A stretch of DNA of 64,000 bases from the human T2T-CHM13v2.0 reference genome, Homo sapiens: NCBI RefSeq assembly GCF_009914755.1, contig NC_060931.1; one strand, given 5' to 3'. Each line of letters opens with the position of its first letter. Positions within the stretch are counted from its first letter, which is position 1. Below, piece after piece: positions 38,882 to 53,519 of the stretch. The translations under genes and the position numbers were made by a program. The notes beneath the pieces were generated by a model that made no database searches, was not told the origin of the DNA, and was given only the letters and a program-made list of their open reading frames with translations.

Positions 38882-40694
38882 TTTCCTTTGCCAACCTTTT
38901 GTTTGGTGGGAAGTCAGAGGAGGCAGCCTCTCTAGATGGGAAATAAGAAAGATGGCATTTTGGAGATATTTTATTTCTGTGAGTTCTTGCCAGATTTTTA
39001 ATTGGGAAATGTGTCTGCCACTTACTGTTAGGTGATTTGCTTTCCAATTAAATGTTGTGTCACTTTATAACTTGGCCTGTAATAACCAGTTTAATTGGGA
39101 AGACAAACTTTGGTTGTGACTTCAGGAGACCTTATTGAAACCTTGGAGCAGAGCTTTTGAAGACACACTCTGGTTACAGATGTCAAGGAGGTTTGAAGGC
39201 AGTGGAAGGCTCACATTTTCATCAACTTTTATGTCTTCACAGAAGTTGAAATTTCAAAAACTTAGAAAATCCTTTACTGTAGACACCTGTTAAATTCCCT
39301 TCCTCCTTGGAGAGTATTTTGGTCAGCCCTGTGTTTAATTCAAAGTAAACTTTGTTGAAGGGGTCCAGGCTTTGACCAGGGCTTTGAACGAACAGCTTTG
39401 AGGTTCGTGACACAGTTTGTGGCAGGAAAGGAAAGTAGTCACTCTGTTCTGAGCCGAGTCTTGGAAGTTGGGTGAGGTGTTAATGTTCTTTCCATCACCA
39501 TCTCTTCTTTTCATTTGAGCCCATCACATAATGGTGTTTGGTTTCTAGCTCTCTTTGTACCCTGGGACATCTTGGCCCTACTGATGCTGTGTTGTTTGAA
39601 AATTACTACTAGAATACCCAGAAACAGTGCTTTCAGGAAGTCCTGGGATGTCTGGCAGCATATGTGAACGTAAGGGGCAACACAATTACCGTACTCTGGC
39701 TCAGAATTAGTGTCGTGGACCCATGTCTTAGTGTACCTCGTGTAACTGTTAACACTGGGATTTCCTGAAGGCTTTGAGGCCTGTAGTATTGATGGTGGTG
39801 GTATGGTCAGGTTTTTTCAAGCCATTATTTGTACATAGATGTGGTCACAGCCTGTGGTGAGAATTGCTGTGGTTGTGTGTTGTAGTTGAAACTTGCTGTA
39901 TTACCTGTGTAACCTTGGAACAGTTACTTAAAACCACCGCGTCTTAGTTTCCTCATTTGGAAAGTGGGCTAATACAATCTGTGTTTTTTTGGAACATCAC
40001 ATGAGATGAGGGTATATAAAAGTGCCTAGCACAGTTTGGCACACGGTAGGCACTCATATGTTCATTTCCTCCTTTCTAGGATCTGTAGCCTCTTCTGTTA
40101 AGAAGATTCTTTTGATATTAATAAATTTGCCGGATAGCAACCAGGCTATAATGTTAATTTTCCACCAGAAATAACCTTGACGCGTTGACTGGAGTGATTC
40201 CATTTGTCAGGATGTTGTCTTTGTAACCAGGAAATCTTGTACAGCTGAATTAAGATAGTAATTATTTGGTAATTTGAGAGTCAGCTGAAGAAGCTAGATT
40301 TAAATGCATGTATGGTTATGTGTGTATGTAAAACATGTAAAATATAAACACACATAAAATATAAAACATTTATTAGATTAAAAGACTGAAAAGACTATAA
40401 ACAAGCAAATCAAGGGCCCAATACTCTGTTGAGATAATCCTTGTTGTCCTTTATAAAAAGGACAACAATATTGTGTATTGTACAAATTTGTAAAGACGAG
40501 TCATAGGAACATTGTCCAGCAATCTCATTTCCCAAAATATTACCTGTTTTTCAGGTTTTCGTATGGATCTTGTCCATGTATATACATTTTTTAAAATATT
40601 GCTATACAGTGTTCATAGTTATATATGTTTTTTAAGTGGAGGAATTAAACATACAGAACAGTAGGGAAGAAAAAATCACCCATAGTTTAATTTC

Positions 40695-40987
40695 TTTTTT
40701 TTTTTTTTTTTTGAGGCAGAGTCTTGCTTTGTCACCTAGGCTGGAGTGCAGTGGCGCCATCTCAGCTCTCTGCAGCCTCCGCCTCCTGGGTTCAAGCGAT
40801 TCTCCTGCCTCAGCCTCCTGAGTAGCTGGGATTACAGGCACCATGCCCAGCTAATTGAATGTATTTTTAGTAGAGACAGGGTTTCACCATGTTGGCCAGG
40901 CTGGTCTCAAACTCCTGACCTCAGGTGATTGGCCTGCCTCGGCCTCCCAAAGTGTTGGGATTACAGACGTGAGCCACCGTCCCCGGC
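40695..40987 (-). mobile_element. Alu (antisense)
   Basis: Dimeric Alu. Confidence 0.92.
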
Positions 40988-41728
40988 CCACTTGTATTTT
41001 CTTCACCAGCATTATCCACTATTAATACTTTTGCTTCCAGTTTAAGAAAAAAAAAATCACTCTATTGTTTTAAAAATAGTACTCTCATGATAAATAATTC
41101 AAACAGTGAAAATGCAGAAAACCGTGAAGATGAAAGTAAGAAAAATTATTTCAGATTTTATCCTCCTAAAGTTATTATCATTGATATTAGATGAACCTAA
41201 TCCCAGACCCCTCCCTTTTCTATGTGAATGTATGTGTGTATATGAAATGTTGATGGCCAGAAATAATTTTTTATTAAATATGGGATCTTACTCTATATAC
41301 TAATTTTATTTGTCCTCCTTTTTGAGGTATACATGTATATGCTAGAGTGCACAAATCTTAAGTATATGGCTTGATGAATTTTTACCTGTGTAACCACTGT
41401 CCAGCTGGAAATACAGAACACTTCCAGCATCCCAGCTGGAGATACAGAACACTTCCAGCATCCTAGAATGATCCTTCTCTACCAGTTTTTTCCAGTACTT
41501 TTTTTTTGTGTGTGTAAGGATATCCATTTCCAACACCACTTGTTAAAAAGACTATCCTTTCTGTATTTGCTTTCTTTTGCAACTTTGTCAAAAACCAATT
41601 TACTTTATATGTGTGGGTTTATTTCTTGACTTTCTAGTCTGTTCCATTCATGTTTATATTGATAACAATACTGCACTGTCTTGATTACTGCTTTTTAAAG
41701 TTATGAAGACATAGTGTAAGCCCTTTAA

Positions 41729-42033
<305 letters not shown>

Positions 42034-42686
42034 CCCTTTAACTTTATTCTACTTTTTCAAAGTAGTTTTGGGTCTTCTAGGTTGTTTGCATTTTCTTACA
42101 AATTTTAGAATAAGCTAGTCAGTTTCTGCAATAAAACCTGCTGGGATTTTGATTGGGATTAATATATGGAATTGACATCTTAATATTGAGTCTTCTGATC
42201 CATGGATGGATGGTATATGTCTCCATTTAATTCTTCAATTGATCTCAGCAATTGTGTGTGTGTGTGTGTATAGATTTTAGTGTCTAGGTTTATATGTCTT
42301 TGGTCAGATTTCTATTTTAGGCCACTTCAAGTTGTGCTACAGTTCATGGAATGTTGATGTTCATTAAAAAATGCATTCTTTTTCTCTTGGTGTTTTGTTT
42401 TATATAGTTTGTGTTGCTATGCTGGTTCACTAGTCTTTTCTGCTATTCCTAATCTCTTGTTAATCCTATCTAATATTATTTTTATCTTAGATTATACTTT
42501 TCAATCTAAGATACAGAAGCTTATCTTCTTTATCTGGAAGTTTGCTTTGGGTCTTTTTCATGTCTCTGCTTACATGTTTTAACTTTTCCTGTAGCTTTGT
42601 GAACAAATGGAATATAGGTATTATAACAGTTTTAATGTCCTTGTGTACTAATTTTATCATCTGTGTCATTTCTGGGTTTCCATTGA

Positions 42687-43004
<318 letters not shown>

Positions 43005-43684
43005 TAGTTTTTGAGTTGATGCTAGACATTGTCAGTTTTATCTTGATGGTGGTTGGTTTTGGATATTTTTGTATTCCACTATTCTTGAGCTTTGTTCTGA
43101 GATGTGGTTAAGTTACTTGGAAGCAATTTGGTCTTCTCAGGCCTTGTTTTATGTTTTGCTAGTTAGGAGCAGAGCAACATTTAGTCTAGGGCTAAGTTTG
43201 TCTCACTACTGTGACAAAATTCTTTTGAGTATTCCACTCAGTACCCTAAGAATTATGAAATTTTTTCACTCTGGCCTGGGGGATAGGCACTATTTCCAGC
43301 CCTATGTGAGTTCAGATCATTATTTCCTCTAATCCTTTCAGGTTGTTATTTTCCTGGCCTTGGGTAGTTACCTGTCACACGTGTGCTGATCAATACCCAG
43401 CTGATGACCCTCTACAGATCTGCAGACTTCCGTGTGCTGCAGCTCTTTCCCATCTCCATTACTGCCCTGCAGATTCTAACCACCTTAATATGCAGTGTTT
43501 TGAAACGGGTTTTGTTTATTTGTTTGTTCGTTACTTTGTTAGTCCCTGTTGTTTCTTCTGGGCCTAAAGTAGAAGTCCATCAGTACTTCTTATTTTAAAA
43601 AAAATCTCTAAAAGTACTATTTTGGATTGCATCTTCTCAGAGAGGAAGAATAAGATATTCAGATGTGCTGTTTAAAGCGATGGC

Positions 43685-43790
43685 AGCTGGGTGCAGTGAT
43701 ATGTGCCTGTAGTCCCAACTACAGGCTGAGGTGGGAGGATTGCTTGAGCTCAGGAGTTCAAGTCCCATTGGGGCAGCATAGTAAGCCATG
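43685..43790 (+). mobile_element. Alu monomer (FLAM-like)
   Basis: Single diverged arm. Confidence 0.7.
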
Positions 43791-44079
43791 AAATAAATTA
43801 TGACCTTGGTCCTTATAGTGGCCAGTTTTTTTTTTTTTATGTGCTAGGGGTTTAGCTTTGAAAAACATAGGTGTGTACAGTTTAACAGGAAGTAATAAGG
43901 GAAAATTCTTGTATTATATTTGACACTCTTGGTAAGAAAATAAAATATTTCAAGATTCTTAGGAGACCCTTTTCTGACTTTTATTTATTCTTTTAAAAGT
44001 ACAGAGTCTTTGTCAAAATAAAATAGAATATAATTAAAGTGTTTTTCCATTTAAAACCTATTCATTGTGCTGAATATTA

Positions 44080-44215
44080 TGGGAGAATTATACTAAAAAT
44101 ATCACTTGAGAGCTTGTTAGAAATGCAGAATCTCAGGTCCTACCTGACCTACCTGAGCTGAATCTGCATTTAAACAAGATTCCCAGGTGATTTGAAAGCA
44201 CAATAAAGTTTAGGT
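44080..44215. mobile_element. MER5-type hAT remnant
   Basis: ttgttagaaatgcagaatctcagg...aatctgcatttaaacaagattcccaggtgatt. Confidence 0.8.
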
Positions 44216-44302
44216 AGCCTTAGAACAAGAAACCCCAGGCTTGAAATGTTCTCAACATATAGAAATGATAAATGTTAGTGACGATGAATATCCTGAATAC
44301 CC

Positions 44303-44667
44303 TGATGGTTTGGCTGTGTCCTCACCCAAAAATCTCATCTTGAATTGTAGCTCCCATAATTTCCATGTGTCATGGGAGGGACCTGGTAGGAGGTAATTTA
44401 ATCATGGGGGCAGGTCTTTCCTGTGCTGTTCTCATGATAGTGAATAAGTCTCATGAGATCTGATGGTTTTATAAATGAGAGTTCCCCTGCACAAGCTCTC
44501 TCTTGCCTGCTGCCATGTAAATGTGACTTTGCTCCTCATTCGCCTTCTGCCATGATTGTGAGGCCTCCTCAGCCATGCTGAACTGTAAGTCAGTTAAACC
44601 TCTTCCCTTTATAAATTACCTAGTCTCAGGTATGTCTTTATTGGCATCTTGAGAACAGACTAATACA
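44303..44667 (+). mobile_element. THE1 solo LTR (sense to EXOC4), inserted in an L1MA 3' fragment (44240-44755)
   Basis: tgatggtttggctgtgtcc...gagaacagactaataca; flanked by CCTGA. Confidence 0.92.
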
Positions 44668-44814
44668 CCTGACTTGATCATTACACAGTCTGTGAATATT
44701 ACAAAATCACATGTGTGCCATAAATATGTACAAATATTTTGCATTAATTAAAAGAGATACAAGAAGCCAATTGTAATTGTTAAAATTTTTTTTTCTGAGA
44801 TAAACATTATATAG

Positions 44815-45144
<330 letters not shown>

Positions 45145-46812
45145 TGACAGATCTTTTAATTTTTGTACATGGTTGAAAATTCCATAAAAATTTATATGTG
45201 TGTGTGTGTTTACATATGTATATGTTGGGGGGAGGGAAGATGGTGGGAAACAAGGTTGATTGATTGATGTTTTAATAGATTAGTATATTACAGAAGTGCT
45301 ATATATTCTTTATGTCCTCTTCCCTCTCCCCTAGACACTTTAACAATAACATATTAAAGTGTCCCTGATTTCTGCCTTTAAGAAATCTGCTTCAATTTGT
45401 ATAACCCAGAATTTCCAAAATTTGACCACATAACACCTCTTAATTTTTTGTAAAACATTGTTTCTGAGGAACTCACCAGAAAAGAAGATCACTGTGGACA
45501 ATGCTTGGAGAAGGATGTGGGGCTGCAAAAGAAGTAGAAAAAGAGGTAGAGTTGGGTGAAGTAAGAGTAGGGGGTAGATTTTAAGTTGACTTTGTCAACC
45601 TTGGGCTCAGTTTTATGCCTTAGTGGGGTGATTTTACTTAATATTAGATAATGACCTTTGTTGCCTAAGAGATTTATAGCTTTTGGTCCCCAGAAGTGTT
45701 CTATAACTGAGTTAATTGAACTCTTGAAAAACTGTATGTGTTGGGTGTAGTAATTGGCCCTAAGTGCTGTCTGAAGCAAGACACCAATGAATTTTCAATT
45801 GACTTTAAAGCAAAAATTGTTTACTGTCACTTGATACTAAATACATCTCTTTGTATTGTTAGGGGATGTTGTTTTTATGCATCAGAAAACTTTTTCAGAG
45901 GGACTTGTCATTGTGAATTGCTATCAATTGGGATGGGATTATCTTGTAGTTTGTGTGCTCTAATAAGACATAATTAAGAAATAAGCAATCACAATGTATA
46001 ATTGAATATAATAAAATGCGATTTAAAAGTGTAATGTAGATTTGGTTATGCTTTGAGGGAAGCCGTATCTTATGTGATTATATAGTGATACACATCTTGG
46101 ACATTTCTTTAATGTGTAATTTTTTACACATTAAACTCATAATTCTGAGTAACTCAGAATTATGATGAGGGTCTCTTCTTTTCATAATTCACTGGAAGCA
46201 TTTATAGACTATTTGTCATATACAAAATGTTCTGCTTAGAATAATAGGCTTGGAAAACTTATTTCTTAACTTGTTTCTTTAGTGCTTATATTCTTAACTA
46301 TCTCTTTTCCTCTTCAGTTTGTACTTTCACTCTATTCATACTTAGGACAGGCTTTTGTTTCCCTGATGACATAATAGGTATATGGTACTGTCAGCCATTT
46401 CTCAGATTGGCCCTTTAGTATTTTAAAGGCAAAGAGAAACTGACTGTCATACTGTGAAATTAGGGCTGAATAGATATAATAACTTAATCTAATGTCTTCT
46501 GGTTAAAAGCAGTTTGGGAAAGAAAACAGGATTTATGTTGTAAAGAATCACATCAGCTCTAGACTCTTTTTTTCTTGCATCGGGATGAGTAGCAACAGGA
46601 ATATTATGTTCTGGAAAGATCAGTAAGCTAATAATTACCTTTTTTTCCATCTCGGAGTGAGGTTCTGAAACTAGTGAACTCTTCAGCATTTGTTGAGAGT
46701 TTATGCTTAGTTTTTGCCTTATGATAATGTGTTTGAATATTTTGTAACTAAATCAGGATAACCCCTTCTCTATCTAGTACTCTTTCCATTATGTAGTTTA
46801 AGAAATTTCACT

Positions 46813-46880
46813 AGGGCCAAGATCGCGCCACTGCACTCCAGCCTGAGTGACAGAGCTAGACTCTGTCTAAAAAAAAAAAA
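46813..46880 (+). mobile_element. Severely 5'-truncated Alu
   Basis: Last ~55 nt of Alu plus poly-A; TSD AAATTTCACT. Confidence 0.85.
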
Positions 46881-47476
46881 AATTTCACTGGAATTGTCCC
46901 AACAAGAGAGAAGGTAGCACGGATTGGGTGGTTCAGGTGCTTGATGAGTAGAAAAGGCAGGGATTCGGTGACATAGTTTATCCACTTAGGGGCCCATTTT
47001 GAGTACTTTTAAGAGGGGTCACTGAGATTTGATTCTTATTGTAGATTGTGCTCTGTAGAGCTGTTGCTTCCTGATAAGTGATTTTTGGATATGTGAAGCT
47101 CTACTTGTAATTAGTTTTTCTGAGTTGCTTGAAGGGATTTCCATTCATTGTTTTGTTCATCTTTATTATTCCTGGAGGAGAAGTCACTGGATGCCAACAA
47201 GGAATGTCTTTAGTAGACAATTAAGCCGATTAACTGTTTTCAGAAAGCATGACTTAATGCTAACTATTCTGCAGGTGTCGCCAAAATTCAGGTGTATTAC
47301 ATTAAATATTTCTTATAGCCAGTTAATTAGTTTAGTTATCTGGGGCTGTATTAGGCAGCTAATTCTTGTGGATTTGCCAAGAATCTGTGTTGCTTCTGAC
47401 TAAGGAGAGTGACTGATAACATTTATCTTGAAAAATTAACCAACCAAAATGACACTGCCTGTGTTTTAAAGTTTGG

Positions 47477-47860
47477 TATATTAGTCTGCTTGGGCTGCCA
47501 TAACAAAACACCAAATACTAGGTGACTAAAGCAATAGAAATGTATTTTCTCACAGTTCTGGAGGCTACAAGTTCAAGATCAACCTACCAGGGCTGGTTTC
47601 TAGAGAAGCCTCTCACTCTGCTTGTAAATGGCTCCCTTGCTCTGCTGTCACATGGCCTTTGCTGTGTAAATGTGTGGAGAGGGCTTCTCCTTCCTTTTCC
47701 TTTCTTCTAAGCACATCAGTCCTTTTGGATTAAGGCCCACCCTTATAACCTCACTTAACCTTTATTACCTTCTTTGTAGGCTGTGTATCCAAATACAGTA
47801 ACAGTGAGAGTCAGAGATTCAACATTTGAATTTGGGAGGGACACAGTTCAATTTGTAACA
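47477..47860 (-). mobile_element. MLT1A-like MaLR LTR
   Basis: tattagtctgcttgggctgccataacaaa...tttgggaggggacacagttcaa. Confidence 0.8.
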
Positions 47861-48719
47861 GGTGGTACCCTGGGCACTCTTATTATTTTGATAAAATATC
47901 CTAAACTGCTTCTAGAGTGAGAATCTCTCATCACCTACAGATAGTCTTGAGGCTCGGGCAAGAGCCCTGGTCAAGCTGTTAATTTTTCACAATTGTTTGT
48001 CAATCTTACTGCATGCTTTTCTGGCTTATATTAAAATTAATAAAACATAATTTGATCTATTTAGTCCTGTAAGTTCCTGAAATTCTAGACTTAAATTAAA
48101 ATGAATTGTTGGAAAACTTTGTACCTGGGCTGTATTCAGATCTTTCAAAATCTCTAGGCCTGAATTGAGTTTTAATGTTATGTTCTTGAAGGAACTTACA
48201 AGAAATGGCCATGTAAGATTTGTGACTTTGTCTGTTTTCAGAAGATTGTTAAGGACATCTTTTACTATATTAGGTCTTCCATGTTTTTTAAGTGAAAGAT
48301 TTCTTTTAGAATTTAGGACTAGTTCAAAATTTGCTTCCTTAAAGGAACTGGAGTCCATATTTTTTGAGAATGAGAATTATATCATGTGATGTGTCTCCTT
48401 TTGCCTGGGCTGCTAGGAAGCTCAGATTTAGTTTGGGGGCTCACTTCATATTAACTTTGCTTGCCCATATGATCTGCATAGTTGTCTTTTACATTTATTT
48501 GGTGGTGTTTAGCCCTGCATCTCTTTAGTCCCACTTTCTCATTTGTATTTTACTTTTTATTGTTTATATTCTTGCACAAGCCATCTCACATCTTTTTTGG
48601 GAAGAGGTGGGATATAATTAAAATGAAACTTGAATGTAGATATTGTTACTCAGTTTCACAATTAAATACTGGTTGAAAGGTTATCAGGCTTTGGCTGGGT
48701 GCTCTTCCCCGAGTAGTTT

Positions 48720-49190
48720 CATAGAACACTCAGAGTAAAAGCTCACAAAGTTGGGCCTGGTCTGGCTCCCAGTTTTCTCCTTGATTCATTTCCTGTCACT
48801 GTCACTCTTTCTCAAGTCTCTAAAGCCACATTGACCTCCTTGCCATTCCATGTTCCTTGAGCAGGCTAAACACACCCTGTTTCAGGGTCTGTTCTCTCTG
48901 GAATCAGCTTCCCAGATAGTGCCCTTTCTCTCTCACTTTCTAGTAAGCTGTATTCAAATGCCATCTTTATCCGAGAGGCCCTCCCTGGCCTCCTTATGTG
49001 AAGTAGCCTCCTTCCTCCTTGCCTGTCTTGGCTTTTGCGTAGCTGTTACCTCCCAGCTCCCCTCACTAGAACATAAGCTTCATGAGGGAGGGATTGGTTT
49101 TGTTCATTGCTGTTATGTATCTCTAGGCCCTTAGAACTGTGCCTGGTAAGTAATAGATACTTAGTGAATATTTGTTGAATGAATAAGTGA
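48720..49190 (-). mobile_element. L2 3' fragment
   Basis: Ends ctagaacataagcttcatgaggg...aatatttgttgaatgaata. Confidence 0.7.
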
Positions 49191-51410
49191 ATTAAATAGG
49201 GTCACGAGCAACTATTTGTTCTTTTCTACAGATTTTTGAGCATGCATTTCATGTGAGACAATTTAGTTGCAATTGTTTCTTAAGGCTGGGAACTGTCCTC
49301 CATGACCTCTCTAGATCCTGCATCGCACTGCTGCTCATTACTTAGCTTTTACTAAGCACTTAATGTACCAGGCACTGTAAGAATATAGAGAAAAGGTCTG
49401 ATCTCAGTTCAGAAATAAATATCCTCAGGAACTTTAGAAAGGGATAGGCTTTAGGGGATTTGGGCTAACAATGTTGTGATTCATAGATTATTTATTTTGT
49501 TCCCAATAATATATCAGACAACACTTCCGTCACACTTTATATTTTCAAAGCACATTCACACATTTCTCCAGTCCTAACAATATCCTGGCAAGGCGGGTAT
49601 TCTTATTGTCTTACCTGTTTTACAAAGAAAAAAACAGACCCAGAAAAGTTAAGTCACTTACCAAAGGTCAAGCAACTTGAAAGTTGCAGAGCTCCGTTTG
49701 AATCTGGGTGTTTTAAAATTCCAGAGCCTGTGTTCCTTTAATGTGTATGTGGATGGCTCTTGTTTGATATAGTTGATGAGGTAGTAAGAGACTTTCTTGG
49801 TATATTCCTAATGGTAGTATTCTAGATTTGGGTTTTTCTTTTTGCATCCTTTTATTCCACTTGAGTGATGAATCACTTTTGGTGACTGACCTTATTTTCA
49901 CAGGTGTGCTTTTTCCTTTATTTGATCTTTCTTTTGTCTTTAAGAACAATACTGACTTTTATGTATTTTCTCCTGTCCGGACTCCATTACTCTATTAAGA
50001 CCAAAGTGAAAGCAAAATTGCTCCACAGAAGGAACCAGTGATGGTGACTGATTATTTTCCTTTCAAAACATTTGATCGTCTACACTGAAATACAGAGGCT
50101 AGTATGAAAATGGGAAACAGACAAATTCAGTTTTAGATCTCCAGTTATTTACCCTGGGTTTTAATGCTTGTTTATGGGACTCACTTGGAGCTCATGGTTG
50201 TGAATCCACTAGAACTTAATAACATATTTGTTCCTACTAGATGTTGTTAACAGTAGCTTTACATGTGTACCGTGGTCCTTTTAGCCCTTTAGGTAAATAA
50301 ATTCCTTCCTGGGAATTAATTAGTCATGGTTAAGATGTAATTCATCATGCAAAATATCAGAGCTGTCTTAATGAAAAATTCTTAATGATCCAGAAATGTC
50401 TTTGTGTCCAGCTTAACTGGAATCTAGTTTATTCTTTTATGTTCCTCCATGAACTTGACAATAATTTATAAGTCATAATCATTTTGAGAATAAGAATGGA
50501 AAAAAAAATCTAGAGTGATTCAATAACTTGAATACATCTTGGGTTGGCAACTTTATGCCATTTGTCCTTTGATCATGTCTTTTATTTAGCTCATGCTTTT
50601 AAATCTTGCCCAGATTCAAGACTGTTATTACTAAAAAAGCTGCTTGGTGCTCTCTTTCCATCCCTAACTGTCTGCTGTTCTCTTTACATATGAACTGTGG
50701 CTTGATGAGAGTATGTGTCCTGCAGCTCAGGAGTTGAAGGCAGGAAAGATAGGATTTTGTAACATGTATAGTAGAAAGAGCATGGATTTTGGAGTCAAAT
50801 ATACTTAGCTTTAATTTCAACTCTGATATTAACTATGTGCATGTGTATATTTTACTTTACCTCTGTGAGCCTCTGATTCCTTATCTGTAAAAAGGCTGGT
50901 GATAATATTTTATTATACTAGACTGCTTTGAGGATTGTCTTAGATTAGGTATGCAAAATAACCACTGTATTGCCTGGTGTATTATAGATGCTCAGTAGTT
51001 TTTATCCTGTGTCTCACTTTCACCTTCCTTTCCAAACATGTAGAACACAGGGATGCATGTAAATTTCTGCATTTAGTTTTAAAATTTCACAAGTGGAGGA
51101 TGAGTGAGAGTTGACTTGTCAGCACTTACTGTCAAAGGGATCTTGGATAATTTTTGGACTATATTTTTAAAAATGGAATGTAGTTTTAGGCTATATTATT
51201 AGAAAGATAGTGTTCATGTTGTGGGATATAAAACCTCTTTCCGTTTGGAAGTATGTTGTATTCACTTCTCAGCACATCTGAGAGGCAGGTTAGTGAAGCC
51301 ATTAAGAGCCATATGGCCCAGGTTTGAGGTCAGACTCTGCTCCTTAAAGACTGTGCCTTGAATAAAAAACTCCATCTCTTTATCTCTACAAAGAGGGATA
51401 AGTATGGTAC

Positions 51411-51772
51411 TGATATGGTTTGGCTGTGTCCCCATCCACATCTCATCTTGAATTTTAACTCCCACAATTCCCGCGTGTCGTGGGAGCAACTCAGTAGGAG
51501 GTGATTGAATTATGGGGGTGGGTCTCTCCTGCGCTGCACTGTTCTCGTGATAGTGAATGAGTTTCACCAGATCTGATGGTTTTAGACAGGGTAGTCCCTG
51601 CACAAGCTCTATTCTCTTGTCTGCTGCCACGTGAGATGTGCCTTTCACCTTCTGCCATGATTATGAGGCCTCCCCAGCCATGTGGAATTGTAAGTCCAGT
51701 AAACCTCTTTCTTTTGTAAATTGCCCAGTCTTGGGTATGTTTTTATCGGCAGCATGAAAATGGATTAATACA
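51411..51772 (+). mobile_element. THE1 solo LTR, inserted in a MIR (~51280-51870)
   Basis: tgatatggtttggctgtgtcc...tggattaataca; perfect TSD GGTAC. Confidence 0.93.
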
Positions 51773-52314
51773 GGTACCTACCTCATAAGGATGTTTTTGC
51801 AATAAATTAATTATTATGTGTAAGCCACTTAGATTAATGCCTGGCACATAGTAAGTTCTATGTGAGTGTTACCTGTTTTTGAGGGGACTTCAGATGAAAG
51901 CAAAAAAGATGGTGGGCTGCTGGAAGTCATGGTGTGGAAGAAACAGTTGAAGAAACTGGAGGTGTTTAACCCAAGAAAGAACTATTGAAAGTCCTTTACC
52001 ATTTAAAGGGAAATTTTATGGAAGAAGGAATAGACATTTTTTTGTGTTACAGAAAAAGATGAGACTAGGATCAATGGGTAGAAATTAGAAAGAGGCTGAT
52101 TTTATTTTATTTTAATGGAAGGCTTTATAATAAGTAAAGCTGTTCAAAATTGCAGTGAATTGCTTTGTCAGCTGGTAGAGCTCTGCATTACACAGAGGCT
52201 TAGAAGGCTGAAGAGAGGTTCATGACCTGGCTGGTGGGGTGAGCTCAATGACAAGTGTTGTCTTCTGCACTGCTATCTGTTCAGGTTAAGGGACTAGTGA
52301 TAATCCCACACTGA

Positions 52315-52680
<366 letters not shown>

Positions 52681-52884
52681 CTCTTTCATGCTTTTATGGT
52701 CTATCATTTATTAATTTTTATTGAATATTTATCTCAGACAAATATTTATTGTCTGAGACATTGTATTTCTGGTCTCATATTGCAGAAAAGAAAACAGAAC
52801 TTGGAAATAAATGTTCACCGCCTACCATTGCTTGGCATCATGCATTCAATCCTTGAAGGAACCCAATGACTTAGATTTTATTAT

Positions 52885-53347
52885 TGTTGGGAGACCATTC
52901 TCCTCAGGGCTCTTGTGTTTCTGAAGTTCTTGTGAGCCAAGCACTGATTGCCCTAAGTTTTAGGTTATTTTGCCAAGGATGTTTGTTTAGCAAACAGCGT
53001 TGGAAGATAGAGATGGTCTCTCACTCCAGAGCAAGGGGCAGATGTGTTTCCAGTCCAGTCTCTGAGCTTAGATTCGGTTTTCGGAGCTCGGAGTTCTTCT
53101 CCAGGAGCTGCCTATGTGGGCAGGCTTCTCTTTGGGCCCATCTGCCTAACCCTTGTGGGACTTGGGGGCAAGGGGAACTGATGTGAACATGCTGCGCTTA
53201 CGCCGCTTGCTGTGCTGTGAGTGTGATCAAGTCTTTTGGACTTGAGGAGCTCTAGGAGTTTTGTGTCTTCTGCCAGCACCTGTGAAACTGTGGCTAACCT
53301 CTTAGCTTTCGAGTAGAATAAAATCTCAGCCTTCACCATTCTTGACA
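52885..53347 (+). mobile_element. ERVL solo LTR (LTR40-like)
   Basis: TG...CA termini: tgttgggagaccattctcc...aaaatctcagccttcaccattcttgaca. Confidence 0.65.
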
Positions 53348-53519
53348 TTAAGGAGGAATAAGGTGACAATCAGAGAGTTTAAACCTAATGCCCAGAGTTA
53401 AGTGATCTAGTATTTGGGGGCGGTGGGATTTTAACTTTTGTCTTCAGAGGGTGTACTTTTTATTATGTTATGGAAAAACGCTACTGTCTTTGCTGCTGCC
53501 ATTACTACTGTTATTACTG

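Noticed and set aside
52732-52758. 10-bp inverted repeat TCTCAGACAA...TTGTCTGAGA
   Set aside because: Short arms in AT-rich sequence; plausible by chance, with no supporting context.
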